A stretch of 64,000 bases of DNA from Carcharhinus longimanus (lineage: Eukaryota): assembly GCA_030264375.1 (NCBI GenBank), contig JASCQW010000099.1, positions 49,225,740 through 49,289,739 on the forward strand, read 5' to 3'. This document shows positions 11,860-24,104 of this stretch, piece after piece. Each line of letters begins with the position of its first letter. Position 1 is the stretch's first letter. Under the pieces are notes generated by a model. That model did no database searches and was not told where the DNA came from. It was given only the letters and a program-made list of their open reading frames with translations. Position numbers and translations under genes: made by a program.

Positions 11860-13740
11860 TCCCTGACCTAGAATACCTGATGCTAAAATGCCACTCTTAT
11901 TACCTTCCACAGCAGTTTACCTCTGTTATCCTGACAACAATTTACATCCCATCAACCATGCTTCAAGAAGACGATCATTATGCCCGTACCAAGGAAAAGC
12001 CAGGTAGCAGCCTTAATGACTATTGTCTGATGGCCCTGACATCCATCATTATGAAGTGCTTCAAAAGGTTAATCGTGGCATGAATGAATTCTTGCCTCCC
12101 AGATTGCCTGGATCCACTACTATTTGCCTATTGCTGCAACAGGTCCACGGCAGACACCATCTTCCTGGCCCTACGCTCAACCACAGGACATTTGGATAAC
12201 AAAGACACCTATGTCAGACTCTAATTTATTGACTACTGCTCAGCTTTCAACACCATTATTCCTATAAAACTCATCTCCAAACTCTATCCTCTGGGGCTCG
12301 GCTACTCCCTCTGAGACTGGATCCGAGACCATCTAACCCACAGACTGCAATCANNNNNNNNNNNNNNNNNNNNNNNNNNNNNNNNNNNNNNNNNNNNNNN
12401 NNNNNNNNNNNNNNNNNNNNNNNNNNNNNNNNNNNNNNNNNNNNNNNNNNNNNCTACCTAAGAAAAACCAAGCAGCATGCCTTAATGACTATCGGCTGGT
12501 GGCTCTGACATCCATCATTATGAAGTGCTTCAAAAGGCTAGTCATGATATGAATCAATTCCAGCCTCCTGGACTACTTTGATCCAATACAGTTTGCCTAC
12601 TGCCGCAACAGGTCCACAGCCGACACCATCTCCCTGGCCCTGCACTCAATCCTGGAACATCTAGATCACGAGGACACCTATGTCAGACTCCTATTTATTG
12701 ATTACAGCTCAGCCGTTGATACTATTATTCCTATGAAACTCATCTCCAGACTCTGTGGCCTGGGCCTCGGCACCTCCCTCTGTGACTGGATCCTGAACTT
12801 CCTAACTCACAGACGACAGTCAATAAGGATAGGCAACAACACCTCCTCCACAATCATCCTCAACACAATTTGTGTGGCCAAATTCCCCTCCAATTCGATT
12901 TTCAAGTTTGCTGATGACACAACCGTAGTGGGTTAGATTCCAAACAATAATGAGACATAGTACAGGAAGAGCTGGAGAATCTGGTGAACTGGTGCAGCAA
13001 CAATAATTTCTCCCTCAATGTCAACAAAACGAAGGAAATTGTCATTGACTTCAGGAAGCATAAAGGAGAACATGCCCCTGTCTACATCAACGGGAACAAA
13101 GTAGAAAGTGTCAAGAGCTTTTAGGTGGCCAGATCACCAACAACCTGTTTTGGTCCCTCCATGCCGATGTTATATTTAAGAAAGCCATCAACGCCTCTAC
13201 TTTCTCATAAGACTAAGGAAATTTGGCATGTCAGCTACGACTCTCACCAACTTTTACAGATGCAGTATAGAAAGCATTCTTTCTGGTTGTATCACAGCAT
13301 GATATGGCTCCTGCTCTGCCCAAGACTGCAAGAAACTACAAAAGATTGTGAATGTAGCCCAATCCATCACGCAAACTTGCCTCCCGTTCATTGACTCTGT
13401 CTACACTCCCCGCTGCCTCGGTAAAGCAGCCAGCATAATTAAGGACCCCACGCACCGCAGACTTTGTCTCTTCCACCTTCTTCCATCATGAAAAAGATAC
13501 AAAAGTCTGAGGTCATGTACCAACCAATTAAAGAACAACTTCTTCCCTGCTGCTGTCATTAGTTGCATTAAGTTGATCTTTCTCTATACCTTAGCTATGA
13601 CTGTAACACTACATTCTGCACTCTCTCGTTTCTTTCTCTATGAAGAGTATGTTTTGTTTGTATAGCATGCAAGAAACAATACTTTTCATGGTATGTTAAT
13701 ACATGTGACAATAATAAATCAAATCAAATCAAATCAAATA
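11860..13740 (+). mobile_element. Rex1/Babar LINE (two diverged RT segments either side of a gap, plus 3' end)
   Basis: [16 protein letters not shown] occurs twice (~12012 and ~12481); [11 protein letters not shown] motif near 12907; 3' tail aataataaat(caaat)n at 13711-13739. Confidence 0.9.
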
Positions 13741-14339
13741 TGGAAAACCTTGTATATTCCAATTCAGGTGAATGAGAATCAAATCCTGCCATTTAAAGTT
13801 TCTCTTGGATGCCTGGTTAATGCAGTCGGTTGGCACATTGTGCTTTTGTTTTGAACCTGAGATTAAGACTGAGATTGAAAAGTTATGTTGAAAGGCTCCT
13901 CTATTTGCTTGCTGAAATAATTCAAAATAAATCAATAATAGTTGTGATTTGGAAATCATAATAATACTAGGGTGACATTAGGCTTCATGATCTTAATATA
14001 AAATACAAAATCATCAGATTTTCTGCTCTCGCCCCTACAGTGGACGGAAATATACACAATTGTTTATACCATTGGAAAATGAGATCTTAGAAAATTTTGA
14101 TCAGGAAGGTTACATGGAAGGTTAGATGGTGAATAAAGTAAAGATATCACATTCATACAAGTATACTGTGATTTTTATGGGAGAGTAGAATTTCTGAATA
14201 CACACCTCTTGAAAGATACACCACCTATTATCTACATTTATTCGAAAGCTGGGGCTAACATGTCCATGATTTTGTGAGACATACTATATTATTTACACAA
14301 TGGCAAGATGAGGACTCCGAAAATCTAGCCTATGGACGG

Positions 14340-14640
14340 AGATCCCTCTATTCTTTACACCTCTCTAATGCTTTCACATATTTCTTATAGTACAATACTC
14401 AGAACTGGACACAATACTCCAGTTGGGGCTAAACCATCATTTTATACAGGTTTATCATAACTTTCTTATTTTTGTACTCTATGTTCCTGTTTTTAAAGCT
14501 CAGGATTCTATATGCATTATTATTAACTGCCCTCTCAACCTATTCTGATACCTTCAATGACTTGTGTAAATACACACCCAGGTCCCTTTGCTACCGAGCC
14601 CCTTTATAATTGAACTCTTTATTTTATATTATTCCATTAC
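14340..14640 (-). mobile_element. CR1 LINE fragment
   Basis: cagaactggacacaatactccagttgggg = reverse of P.LEYCVQFW. Confidence 0.7.
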
Positions 14641-14889
14641 CATAAAGATATTCAGATGGAACAATGCTGTTCTAAGTTATAATATCCATCGTGCACCAAT
14701 GGGTAGAGCACTTTGCTTACTTAATGACCAGTGGGTCATGTTGGAGATATGAATTGCAAAGATCTCCTAGAGGGTAGCGAAGCTGGATGAATCACCAACC
14801 CATGAGGATATCATGACTACCACAGTGCAATTAACATCACATACACCCCCCAGAATGCATAGCATTCCAGCTAAGGTCTATAAACAGAG

Positions 14890-15040
14890 AAGAGATGCAA
14901 TCCTTGATAGGACACTGGGAGGAAGGGATAGTGCCTCAGAACCTTGGTGATAGACTCACATTATAAAGAAAAGGGAGAGAGGTCAGACTGTTCAAAATAC
15001 AAAAGCAGAACCCTTACTCTCCATTGCAAGTAAGTATCCA
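14890..15040 (+). mobile_element. RTE-type RT fragment
   Basis: tataaagaaaagggagagaggtcagactgttcaaaatac...ttactctccattgcaagtaag reads YKEKGERSDCSKY..LLSIASK, resembling the non-LTR KKGDR.DC.NYR.I.LL motif. Confidence 0.55.
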
Positions 15041-17448
15041 ATAGAGAACTGTTAAACTTTAACCTAGAACTTGACACGGTTTAGTATGAATCTTTTAGCA
15101 GGGTAATTCCCATGGTATAAAACTACCCAATGTAAGATGATAATAGGTACATTCACAAATTGGCTTTTCTAGTAAAAATGGTAAGCAGCTGTATTCATGT
15201 GTAATCACCCAGACGTTCCCTTTAAGTTCACCAATTACACAATATTTTTGTCTGCAGTGAAACCAAACTTGGACTTCTCGCGCATGTACAAACCAAAGTA
15301 AATACACTATACTGTTTCTGGATGTCTTGCTTTTTGGCAAGCACTCAAATTCGAAACGTTTTAGCTATAAAATGTATTTTGCTTCAACACGCTTTAGCTC
15401 CAAAGAAGACAACATTACAGAGTAATACATATTCTGCATTAATATTACATGAATGATTTACTATAAGAAATCATGTCCCTTAGTGAATTTTTAATCAAAT
15501 GACTAGTCTCCACTAAAGAATATCTTAAAAATGACCAATAACCGTGATTTTAAAGTTCTGACAATGTGAGCAAAAGGAATTTTATATATAAATTAAATGG
15601 AACCAACAAGAGTGAGCTCATTAGACACAAACATTTGATTGATAACCCATTGACTTTTAAATAATGTACATGATACCCCACGATATAGGACATAGAATCT
15701 GTCACGTTTGTTTGAAGAAAGAGATTTCTAACAGATGGCGTGGATTCCGTCTTTGGAGTCCTTATGAAATTCTGTCATTTTGACAATGTAAAAGACTCTG
15801 CAACAACAACACATATTTGTATAGCGCCAGTCACATTGTGGAACTTCTTAGAAGTGCTTGGTCGGGAACATTGAAAAATGTACAATCAAAAAGAAAGGTC
15901 TGAAAGAGACTTGTGAAAAGGCAGAGAGGGGAATCATGGCAAAGTAGAACGAATCTTTCAGAAGATCACAAATGTTGTGGCTGAAAACTCGTGTTCTGGT
16001 GGCGGACCTGGAGAAGATAGGGGGCAGGTATAGATCAGAGTCAGTCCGATTGGTGGTTGCGAGAAAATACATATTATGGTTCGATTTGAAAATTAAATTT
16101 GGAGTAAACAGAGAGACTGTGAAAGGGGGTAGAAATAGGGTAGGTCGTGGGCAACAGCTTGTCTAGAAGAGCATTCAAGTCACTGAACCCTGTAACTTTT
16201 GAAGGCTGGGGGACAGTCCTTGTGTTATGAAATCCTCCAATTTTTTTCCCCCGCCTCCCACAAAGTTGCTCTAATTGTGTGTTTTCTTTGCTGTAATAAT
16301 TAAAGTTTTGACAAAGTTCATCTAATACATGTGTCAAAAGATCTCAATGGCTGGACGGCAAGGCCACAGAGATTTAACATATGTATGATGTATCAAGAAC
16401 ACCCGAATCCAATCTGTTCTATAGCAGATAGGTATATTGTTCTATCCTGAGTAGAAATCTCAACTCGGGAACTTCCCTTCAGCTCTGTTCAACCTTTTAT
16501 CCATCAACCAAAACATTACCATTCAATAACCGGGGTGCAAATAAGAATAAATCATTCAAGTTGCGTTAAAATAATTATTTTAAACAGGCTTTAAACAGGA
16601 AACTAATACTTTACACGTGGGGAGCACCAACCCAGCATATGGACGATTCCAAAGCCTTCAACGTTGTTGCCCTATGTGATCTAAAATAAAACCTCTATTT
16701 ATAACCTATGCTGTTTAAAGTCAAATTCACACCAGAAGAAGAATGAAATACAGTTTAAGTATTGTGATCACGCTATTAAAACATATAAATGGACAACACC
16801 GAACAAAATGTACCTCAAGGAAAGATTAGCTAAAGTTCAGAATGATCGATTATCAAGAAGTGAATGTACAATAGACCAGAAAGATGAAGGTTTCTACTTT
16901 CTTTTCCTGAAAAAGCATCCCTTACGCAGCTTCAAGACGTCAATGACCAGTTTCGCTATGTTCCGGTAAATTCCTCAGAGCCGAGATAGGGAACTTCGAA
17001 GTGGGCTGGATACAATAACGAGACATCACCTACCTGTGTCAAAGATTCCCAGATTGTCAAAATACCTTCGCTCTTCCCTGTGGGTAGGTCAAAGGAGAAG
17101 AGCTGAGAGAGTCCTGTTAGTCCCAACCCCAGAGCCTGGTGAATTTATTGTGGAACTCGGATCTTTCGCCGCTGAGTAAATGTACAAAGGGCAGTGATTG
17201 AGCGGACAACACATTCCTTTATTTGTAGTCATGAAAAAAAGGTCAATTCAGTGATCATATAATGCCATTACTGATCATCAAATGCCAGCAATATACAGTC
17301 AGCCGGCGGTTTTAAAATACTTTTCGTGTGTTTTAAGTGCATGAATAAGCCGATAGGGAGGTTCAAACCAGCGTAAAGGTCAAAAGCCGAATGATCAGCG
17401 TTAGAATATTACATGGGTCATGAAGTCTAGTTATACCGAGAGCCCCCA

Positions 17449-17468
17449 AGAAACATCTAGAAAGTTCT
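17449..17468. promoter_or_regulatory. Heat-shock element (4 alternating nGAAn units, one mismatch) upstream of ATF3
   Basis: aGAAacATCtaGAAagTTCt; HSF1 is a known activator of mammalian ATF3. Confidence 0.5.
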
Positions 17469-18262
17469 ATGTTAAAGGTGAATGAAATATTCAATTACAT
17501 TGTCAGCTATTCGGCTTGAGTAAGAATTGTTTCAAAGTTAATTATTGGGAAAAAAAGGAAACATCTTGTGAGGATTATATTGACGTTTTGATTAATGGCG
17601 CGTTTTTCAGTGTAGCCAGGAGTCGAAACTATCTGATGGGAGGTTAGAATGTAATTCAAGGGCTTGTTCTAATAATATTCTAATCATCCTTAAAGTTTTG
17701 CTGGAGTGATGTGTATATGGGAGAGATAGTCGATTGTGGGGTTTATAAAAGGCTGTCCTACACTTTGGGTAACAGGTCGATATTTCTCAAGAATAAACAT
17801 CCCTGAGGCAGACTTTTAGATTCGGGGTTTTTTTTCCCCTCAATTTGCCAGAATGTCCTATTCCAGGAATAAAACAAAACTGCTTTGTCCTGGAGTTTCT
17901 GTCCCTACAGTGGATTGCCAGCTTGGACTTAACTTCAAAAAGAACACCAATGAATGATACGTTTTGTATCTGTGTAATAGAAAAGGAGCGCAGTCAGCAC
18001 GAATGAGTCTATTATTATTTGCGGTTCATAAAATGAGATACATATTTTCGAAAACAATATTGTCCCGAAAGAAAAAAAAGAAACTGCCTGGTCTATTTTG
18101 AGCAAGCTACCTAAACATTCTAGTTCCTTTCCCCTTCAGAGATGCCTGCTATCTTGGGTCATTCCGCTGTTCCGGGGGACATTTCTTCATTAGGATGCCA
18201 TCCCTGAGTTTAATCAAACTGATGTGATCCTCTTATGGTGCGGGCAGCTCAGTTCCTTTTGG

Positions 18263-18390
18263 ATTGGGTCTGGTTGCATCATCACAAAGAAAGCTTCCCC
18301 CCCCCCCTCTATAAATAGAATGACGTCAGTTGCCAGGGCTTGTAAATACCAGAAGCTCACACACTCACTATATAAAGGCAGTGATGCAAC
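18263..18390 (+). promoter_or_regulatory. ATF3: ATF3 proximal promoter: inverted CCAAT, inverted C/EBP-ATF site, MEF2, CRE, forkhead-like site, TATA, C/EBP-ATF (AARE)
   Basis: ATTGG 18263-18267; GTTGCATCA 18273-18281; CTATAAATAG 18309-18318; TGACGTCA 18321-18328; GTAAATA 18342-18348; TATATAAA 18369-18376; TGATGCAAC 18382-18390. CRE-TATA-TGATGCAAC is the order described for the human ATF3 promoter. Confidence 0.9.
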
Positions 18391-18404
18391 CTCCAGCGGT
18401 GTTC

Positions 18405-18544
18405 CGCAACTTTCCCAAAAAGCGGACAGGCCGGGCCGCTGAGCACAGAAAGCGCCGCTTCGTTCGCAGCGAAGGAGCCCTCCTCCTCCTCCTCCTCCTC
18501 CTACACACAAACACACACAGCGGGGCGGCCAGAGCAGCAACAAG
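18405..18544 (+). other. ATF3: ATF3 non-coding exon 1 (start approximate)
   Basis: Begins ~30 bp after TATA, CpG-rich, no ATG, ends at strong donor AAG|GTAAGG (GT at 18545); mammalian ATF3 also has a non-coding first exon. Confidence 0.85.
18479..18502 (+). repeat. (CCT)8 microsatellite in ATF3 5'UTR
   Basis: Direct reading. Confidence 0.95.
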
Positions 18545-20351
18545 GTAAGGTCCAAGCTATTAAACAACAATCCACTCCAGCTTTCTTGCTGTCTGTCCAG
18601 GGTAGTTAGAGAGTTGAGCTGCGGACGGGGAGGGGAGGGAAGCAGGAATTATTATAATGCTGTAGAAGGCGATTGTCACGCTATCCCCCCCCCCCCCCAC
18701 CCCAACCCCACTATTGCTGTCTAATTGGAAAGATCGGCGGGAAGCGGATTGTGCCCGCGGCGCCCATCCCGCTCACTTTCTGGGAACGCGGTTCATTCAT
18801 TCTATCTGTCCCACAGCGGGTTCATTACATGGGATCCGCCACAACTACTCATGGGGTTGTTGTAAGGCCGGGACTTGCGGGGGGGCGAAATCAGGAGAAA
18901 GTTCCTTACAAGCATTCCTGTAATTGACAAGCGAATCGCCACAACTTGTCATTCTGCTGCTGTGGAATTTGATTGAATTGAGCCTTCGCTTTGTGACAGT
19001 TCACCCCAGCGCCAGGATTTCAGCGGGCTTCTTTTTTTAAAGAAAATAGATCTTTCTTCTCCCCGAATAATAAGTGTTGGTCGGTGGAGGTTGTTATTTT
19101 GCTGATGTCGAGCGAGACCCCTCCCCAGTGTAAAGTGAGCAGTGGCCCCCAGATCTGCTTAGTCAGAGCAACAGCGTCACAGGGTCAGATGACACGGAGG
19201 AGGTTTCCTGTTTGAAAAAAAACTGAAGTTTCCCAATCGCTTGCCTTGCTGCAGTTTTCATTCCAAAGTTCAGTAAGTTGCAGTGCCTCTGTCTGTACGC
19301 AGGATGGAAGCAGTGAGGATATCAGATCTGACATTCTCTTCGAGTTAAAAGAACCCGCTCCTTTTTGTTGTCCCAATCGATTGTGATGTTCCATTTTCTT
19401 TCACTTTAAAGTTTACAGTAGCTCTGAGCATATCAGTTTAAAGTTTATTTATTAGGCTTATGTTAACACTGCAATGAGATTTTATATCAGGGCCTTTTCC
19501 ATTAAGCTGCCAGGGCAGAGTTATACTGCAGGTCCCGCACTGTCTTTCTGATGAGCATTTGTCAAAATGAAATATCAGGAAGGAACATTTGTGAACCTCT
19601 GTCCCGGCACTGAAATGGTTAACTCTTGTGAAGCAGCAGTACCATTGTCAGGGGGAGAGCGGCAATATAATCAGGCTGGTCTCCTAAAAGACACCCCCCC
19701 CGCCCCCAGCCTGCCTGTTCTTTTGAACCCACGTAGTCTTCGCCATTTGAAATTAATTCTGAAGACATCTGAAATAAAGGTGCATAGCTTTCAGACTGTG
19801 ATGTAGTGACATATGTAGAAGTGGATATGTTCTATATCCAACGTGGGATTTATTTTCCAGAAAGGTTACAAAGCTTTCTCCCATCACTTGCCTAAATTCA
19901 TAACAAAATCAGAATGGAAACTGCTTTGTATGGATATAATGCATTGCCATTAGTGGACTATCTAGATTTAATTCTGCACATGACAGGACTTGGAATTCTA
20001 CATAAATGCAGAAGTCATATCTTCCATGGAATGCAGAATTGGAATGTACCTATATCAATTTGTCCATGTAACTGAGTCTGGTGGCTGATTAGCTAATGGA
20101 TACTGAATTCTAATTTGATTATCTGAACATTTCCAACACGGGTAATGTTGCTTCTGGACTAATTGAGTTTTCTTTCACATGTTAAGTGGTCCTAGTTACT
20201 GGCATTGGAAACTCCCAGCAATGACACTGTGTTTGTTATGGAGAATTTCCCAGATAGTACACACAAACCTGTGCACTTAGAGCCATAGTGCAACTATAAG
20301 GGAACAACAATTATGTAAAAAGAAGAGACTCCCATTTATAAAGCACCTTTT

Positions 20352-20563
20352 TGTAGTATAAGGGTGTTTGGACAGAGCATGGGTTAATGTGAGACTGGAG
20401 AACTACTGCCCATGATCTGATGTAGATTGTTGCACTGAATCTGGAAGGAACCAGCACCCACATGTGGCTCTACCTTGGAGGTGTATATAATTATGAGTTG
20501 TTAATAAATAGTTTATGTTCAACCATGAAAGTCTTCAGATCTCTTCCAAGTAACCTTACAACA
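20352..20563 (+). mobile_element. Probable short solo LTR inserted into an L2/DeuSINE-type tail
   Basis: Starts TGTAG, ends ACAACA, internal TATATAA and AATAAA; interrupts catttataaagcaccttt|...|ctttcacaac; target duplication imperfect. Confidence 0.5.
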
Positions 20564-20864
20564 ACTTTCACAACATCGGGATATCCCATCGTACTCGCCA
20601 GTCAATGAAGTACTTTGAGTGTAATCACGATCGTACTGTGGGAAATGGCGACAATAGTAATAGTGGTACTGTAATATTAGGTTGAGTAGCAAGTGCATTG
20701 TATACTGCACAAGGCAAAACTGAACTTGTACTCAGTTTGGCATTACTTTCTAGTCTCTAGAGTTAGAAACTGAATGCAATAGCAGTAGTTTTATAATTTT
20801 CTACGTTTCCCACTCAACTCATTTACAGTACTTTGAGAATCACTTTCTATTGTGGTATTGTTTA

Positions 20865-21263
20865 AAAAAACTTGCATTTATATAATGCTTTTCGTGATTT
20901 CAGGACCTTGCAAAATGCTTTAAATTAATCAACAGTAGTCAATGTTGTGATGTAAGAAACATGGCAGCCAACTTGCTCAAACTCTCTCCAAAAGCAGCAT
21001 GATAATGATTAGATAATCTAGTTTTGTGATATTGATTAAGGAATAAATATTGGCAAAAACCAAGGAGAAACCCTGTATAGTTTTTGAAGATAGTGCCAAG
21101 GGATATTTTATGTCCACAGGAGGGCCAGACAGGGAATTGGTTTGAAGTTTCAGCTCCAACAGTGCATTACTCCCTCAGTACTGCAATGGCACATCAGCCT
21201 AAACTAATGTGCTCCAGTCTCTGGAGTGGTTAAGCCCATACCTTTTGACTCTGAGGCAAGAGT
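20865..21263 (-). mobile_element. SacSINE1-like DeuSINE
   Basis: Minus strand: tRNA-like head ctcttgcctcagagtcaaaagg, gcagtactgagggagtaatgcactgttggag, Deu-like taaaatatcccttggcactat, L2-type tail gcattatataaatgcaag. Confidence 0.75.
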
Positions 21264-21780
21264 CATATCAATATCCATGGCTGACGCTGTGGGCAAAATC
21301 TTCCCTGCTGATTTCCAAACCCTTCTGTAAGGCTTAAACATTGGCAGGTAAATGATGGAGAAGGTAGTTCAATCTGGAGGCAACCTCCAACTTTTTCAAA
21401 ATTTAAATAAAAAAAAAAGGCTTCTGCTGCCAGAGCAACAGGTGTAGGGTTAAGGTTGGCTGGAAGGGCAGGGGTGGAACCCCTGTACAAAGGTGGTCTG
21501 CGGCTGCTGAACCCAAGCAAACAGGAAAAGTCTCTTGGCTTGCCTGGAACACCTTTTTCCTCCTTGATGTCAGCAGGCCATCTCTGGGTTCCAACCATAT
21601 CCAGGAACCTGGAGGCTAAGTAGAAAATCCTAGTTGTCTTCTGTTAACAGGCCTTCATGGGTGCCTAATAATAGGTTTGATTGGCTCCCTGCGCATGAAG
21701 GGGGCTTTCTATTACCACCCCCCTACCACAAACCTTCGCAAAATAGCCCAAGGCAGGATGGAGCTGGAGGAACAAGGGGA

Positions 21781-22352
21781 GCCATGATGTGGAGATGCTG
21801 GCTTGGACTGGGGTAAGCACAGTAAGAAATCTCTAAACACAAGGTTAAAATTCAACAGGTTTATTTGGCAGCACAAACTTTCGGAGTCTCGTTCCTTCAT
21901 CAGGTGAATGAGGAGTTGTGCTCACAGGGCGTATACAGACACAAACTCAAATTACAAGATAATGGTTGGAATGTGAGCCTTTACAGGTAATCGAGTCTTA
22001 AAGGTAAATGAATGGTGAGAGGGCCAAGCACAAGTTAAAGAGGTGTGCATTGCTCCAGCCAGGACTATCTGTAACTCCCATAACTTAGTGCAAAATCTCA
22101 CTAACTGTCCTGGTTGGAGACAATACATACCTCTTTAACCTGTGCTTGCTCACGTTGCCTTGATTACCTCTAAGACTTGATTACCTGTAAAGACTTGCAT
22201 TCCAACCATTATCTTATAAATTGAGTTTGTGTCTGTATATGCCCTGTTTGTGAACACAACTCCTCACTCTTTTGATAAAGGAGCAAACTCTGAAAGCTTG
22301 TGCTGCCAAATAAGCCTGTCGGACTTTAACCTGGTGTCGTGAGACTTCTTAC
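21781..22352. mobile_element. Long palindromic Penelope-end element (family 1) with 12 bp target-site duplication
   Basis: Imperfect inverted arms ~21818-22065 and ~22108-22352; GGAACAAGGGGA at 21769-21780 and 22353-22364; hammerhead-like core on - strand at ~21872-21906. Confidence 0.85.
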
Positions 22353-22949
22353 GGAACAAGGGGATACAGGCTAGATGTGCTAATTTAGTGCCCATCCATC
22401 TTCCTCCATTACCAGCTTACACAGGGCCTAAAATTCAAGCCCTGCATGTTAGTAATGTAAATTCCATTCAGAAATATGAAATAATTGTGCGTCATGCAGA
22501 ATGGAAAAGTAAATTAGCAAAGTATTTTAATAACATGGTAGCCCTTCAATTGTGGTTGTGTATTTCCTCACTTGTTGAAGAAAAATAGACCATTAATACT
22601 TGAATGACCACTTGTCTGGACTATGAACAGTCAGAATGGAGAAGCTGCAGTGTCGTAGTTACAGTATTGCAGAATAATTGCATCACATTACAGGAAGTTA
22701 TAAACTAGGAATTAACTTGTGCTGGTTATAGGGGAATTTGGTAAAGTAAACTTCAAGGAAATCAAGAGCCTTATATAATTGTACATAATTCCAGAGAGAT
22801 TCAAAGCTTTTCTAGATTATCAGTTAGAGGTTACAACTTTAAAATATGATACTCCGAGTTAAATACAGAGATTCTCTGGCCTCCTGCTTGTGGGAGGTGG
22901 TGTGTTGTTCGCATTTCAAAAAGTTATGATCAACTCAAAATTAGCTATG

Positions 22950-23390
22950 AAAACAAAGCTGAGAATCCTGGGATACTACATCATACCAATTTTGACATAT
23001 GGAATCTAGTGTTGGACCATTAGTGAAGCAATGCAGGAAAGAATTAAGTTGAAGAGTTGTAGTTTGAGGTATATAATGATATCTTGAACAAGTCCCACAA
23101 CCAATGAAGAGCTGCTAGTAAAATCTGAGACCAAAAAAAACTCTGCTAACCAAGATCAGGAAGAGACATTTGGAATTTATTGGGCACATAATAAGAAATC
23201 ACAATTCTAAAGGTCAGATGTTGATGGAAAAAAATCGATGGGAAAAGAGTTCAAGGTAGACAAAGAATGACCACCTTTAAAGAGCCTCTCAATCTAGATG
23301 AATGTACCACAAAAATGACCCATGTCTCCAGAGCAAGAGTAACACGGAGGTCCATGGTCAATAATACGCTCTCAGAGCATGGTATCTGAA
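22950..23390 (+). mobile_element. RTE-clade LINE 3' fragment
   Basis: Broken reading YIIPILTYG..TNEELL..IRKRHLEFIGHIIR..IDGKRVQGRQR, typical of the RTE C-terminus. Confidence 0.7.
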
Positions 23391-24104
23391 GAGAGGGAGA
23401 ATATAATTAAATGCAAAATACAATGCATCTTGTTTTAAAGATCATCAAAATAGGAAAAAATCATTTACCCATAAAAATCACTGAATACCAGTAAGACATT
23501 TGTTCTACTTTGAATATCCTTTAAGATTTGTATATTAATTGATGAGAAGGGATAAACTAATGCATTGTGTTGTGGATTAACTTTAGTGTGGGACTCTTAA
23601 AGTAGATCTAAGGGTAGATTTCCACTCATTTAAATATGATCTTTAAGGGGATGACTATCAGTATCTTGGCTATTATCAATGTGTTAAATGGCTGATGTGT
23701 TCAGTGGAGGAAATTCCATAAACTGTAGTCATTTATCTTTTTTATGAGTAATAATGGAAGAGGAAAAATACAATTTGAGTCATTGATAATTAGGAACACT
23801 GAGTTTGAAGGCCAAAAATGAACTTTATGACAGTAATTCAAATTAATGAGTTTCAGTGCTTTGTGTTCACTCTTGGGATGTGAATAACTGTTGTATACAC
23901 AACAAAACATGTCCCACAAGCAGAGGAGATTTGATAGAGATTTATAATTTTATGGAAATGCTCAGTAAGATAAAGAGAAGGACTAGTTCATCTAGTTGGG
24001 GAACCACTGACAATGGGCCTTACTTTCTTAAGTCAGTGTGAAGTTATGAGAAATTACTTTTAATCAGATAGTTGTTGGAACATGAATATTTTGTTGCAGG
24101 GAAA

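Noticed and set aside
11985-12830. Duplicated Rex1 RT segment across a gap
   Set aside because: The two segments are clearly diverged and separated by an unsized gap; they may be two ordinary copies scaffolded together.
18214-18927. Several ORFs over the ATF3 promoter and exon 1
   Set aside because: Low-complexity translations of a GC-rich promoter and (CCT)n tract; the spliced 5'UTR has no ATG.
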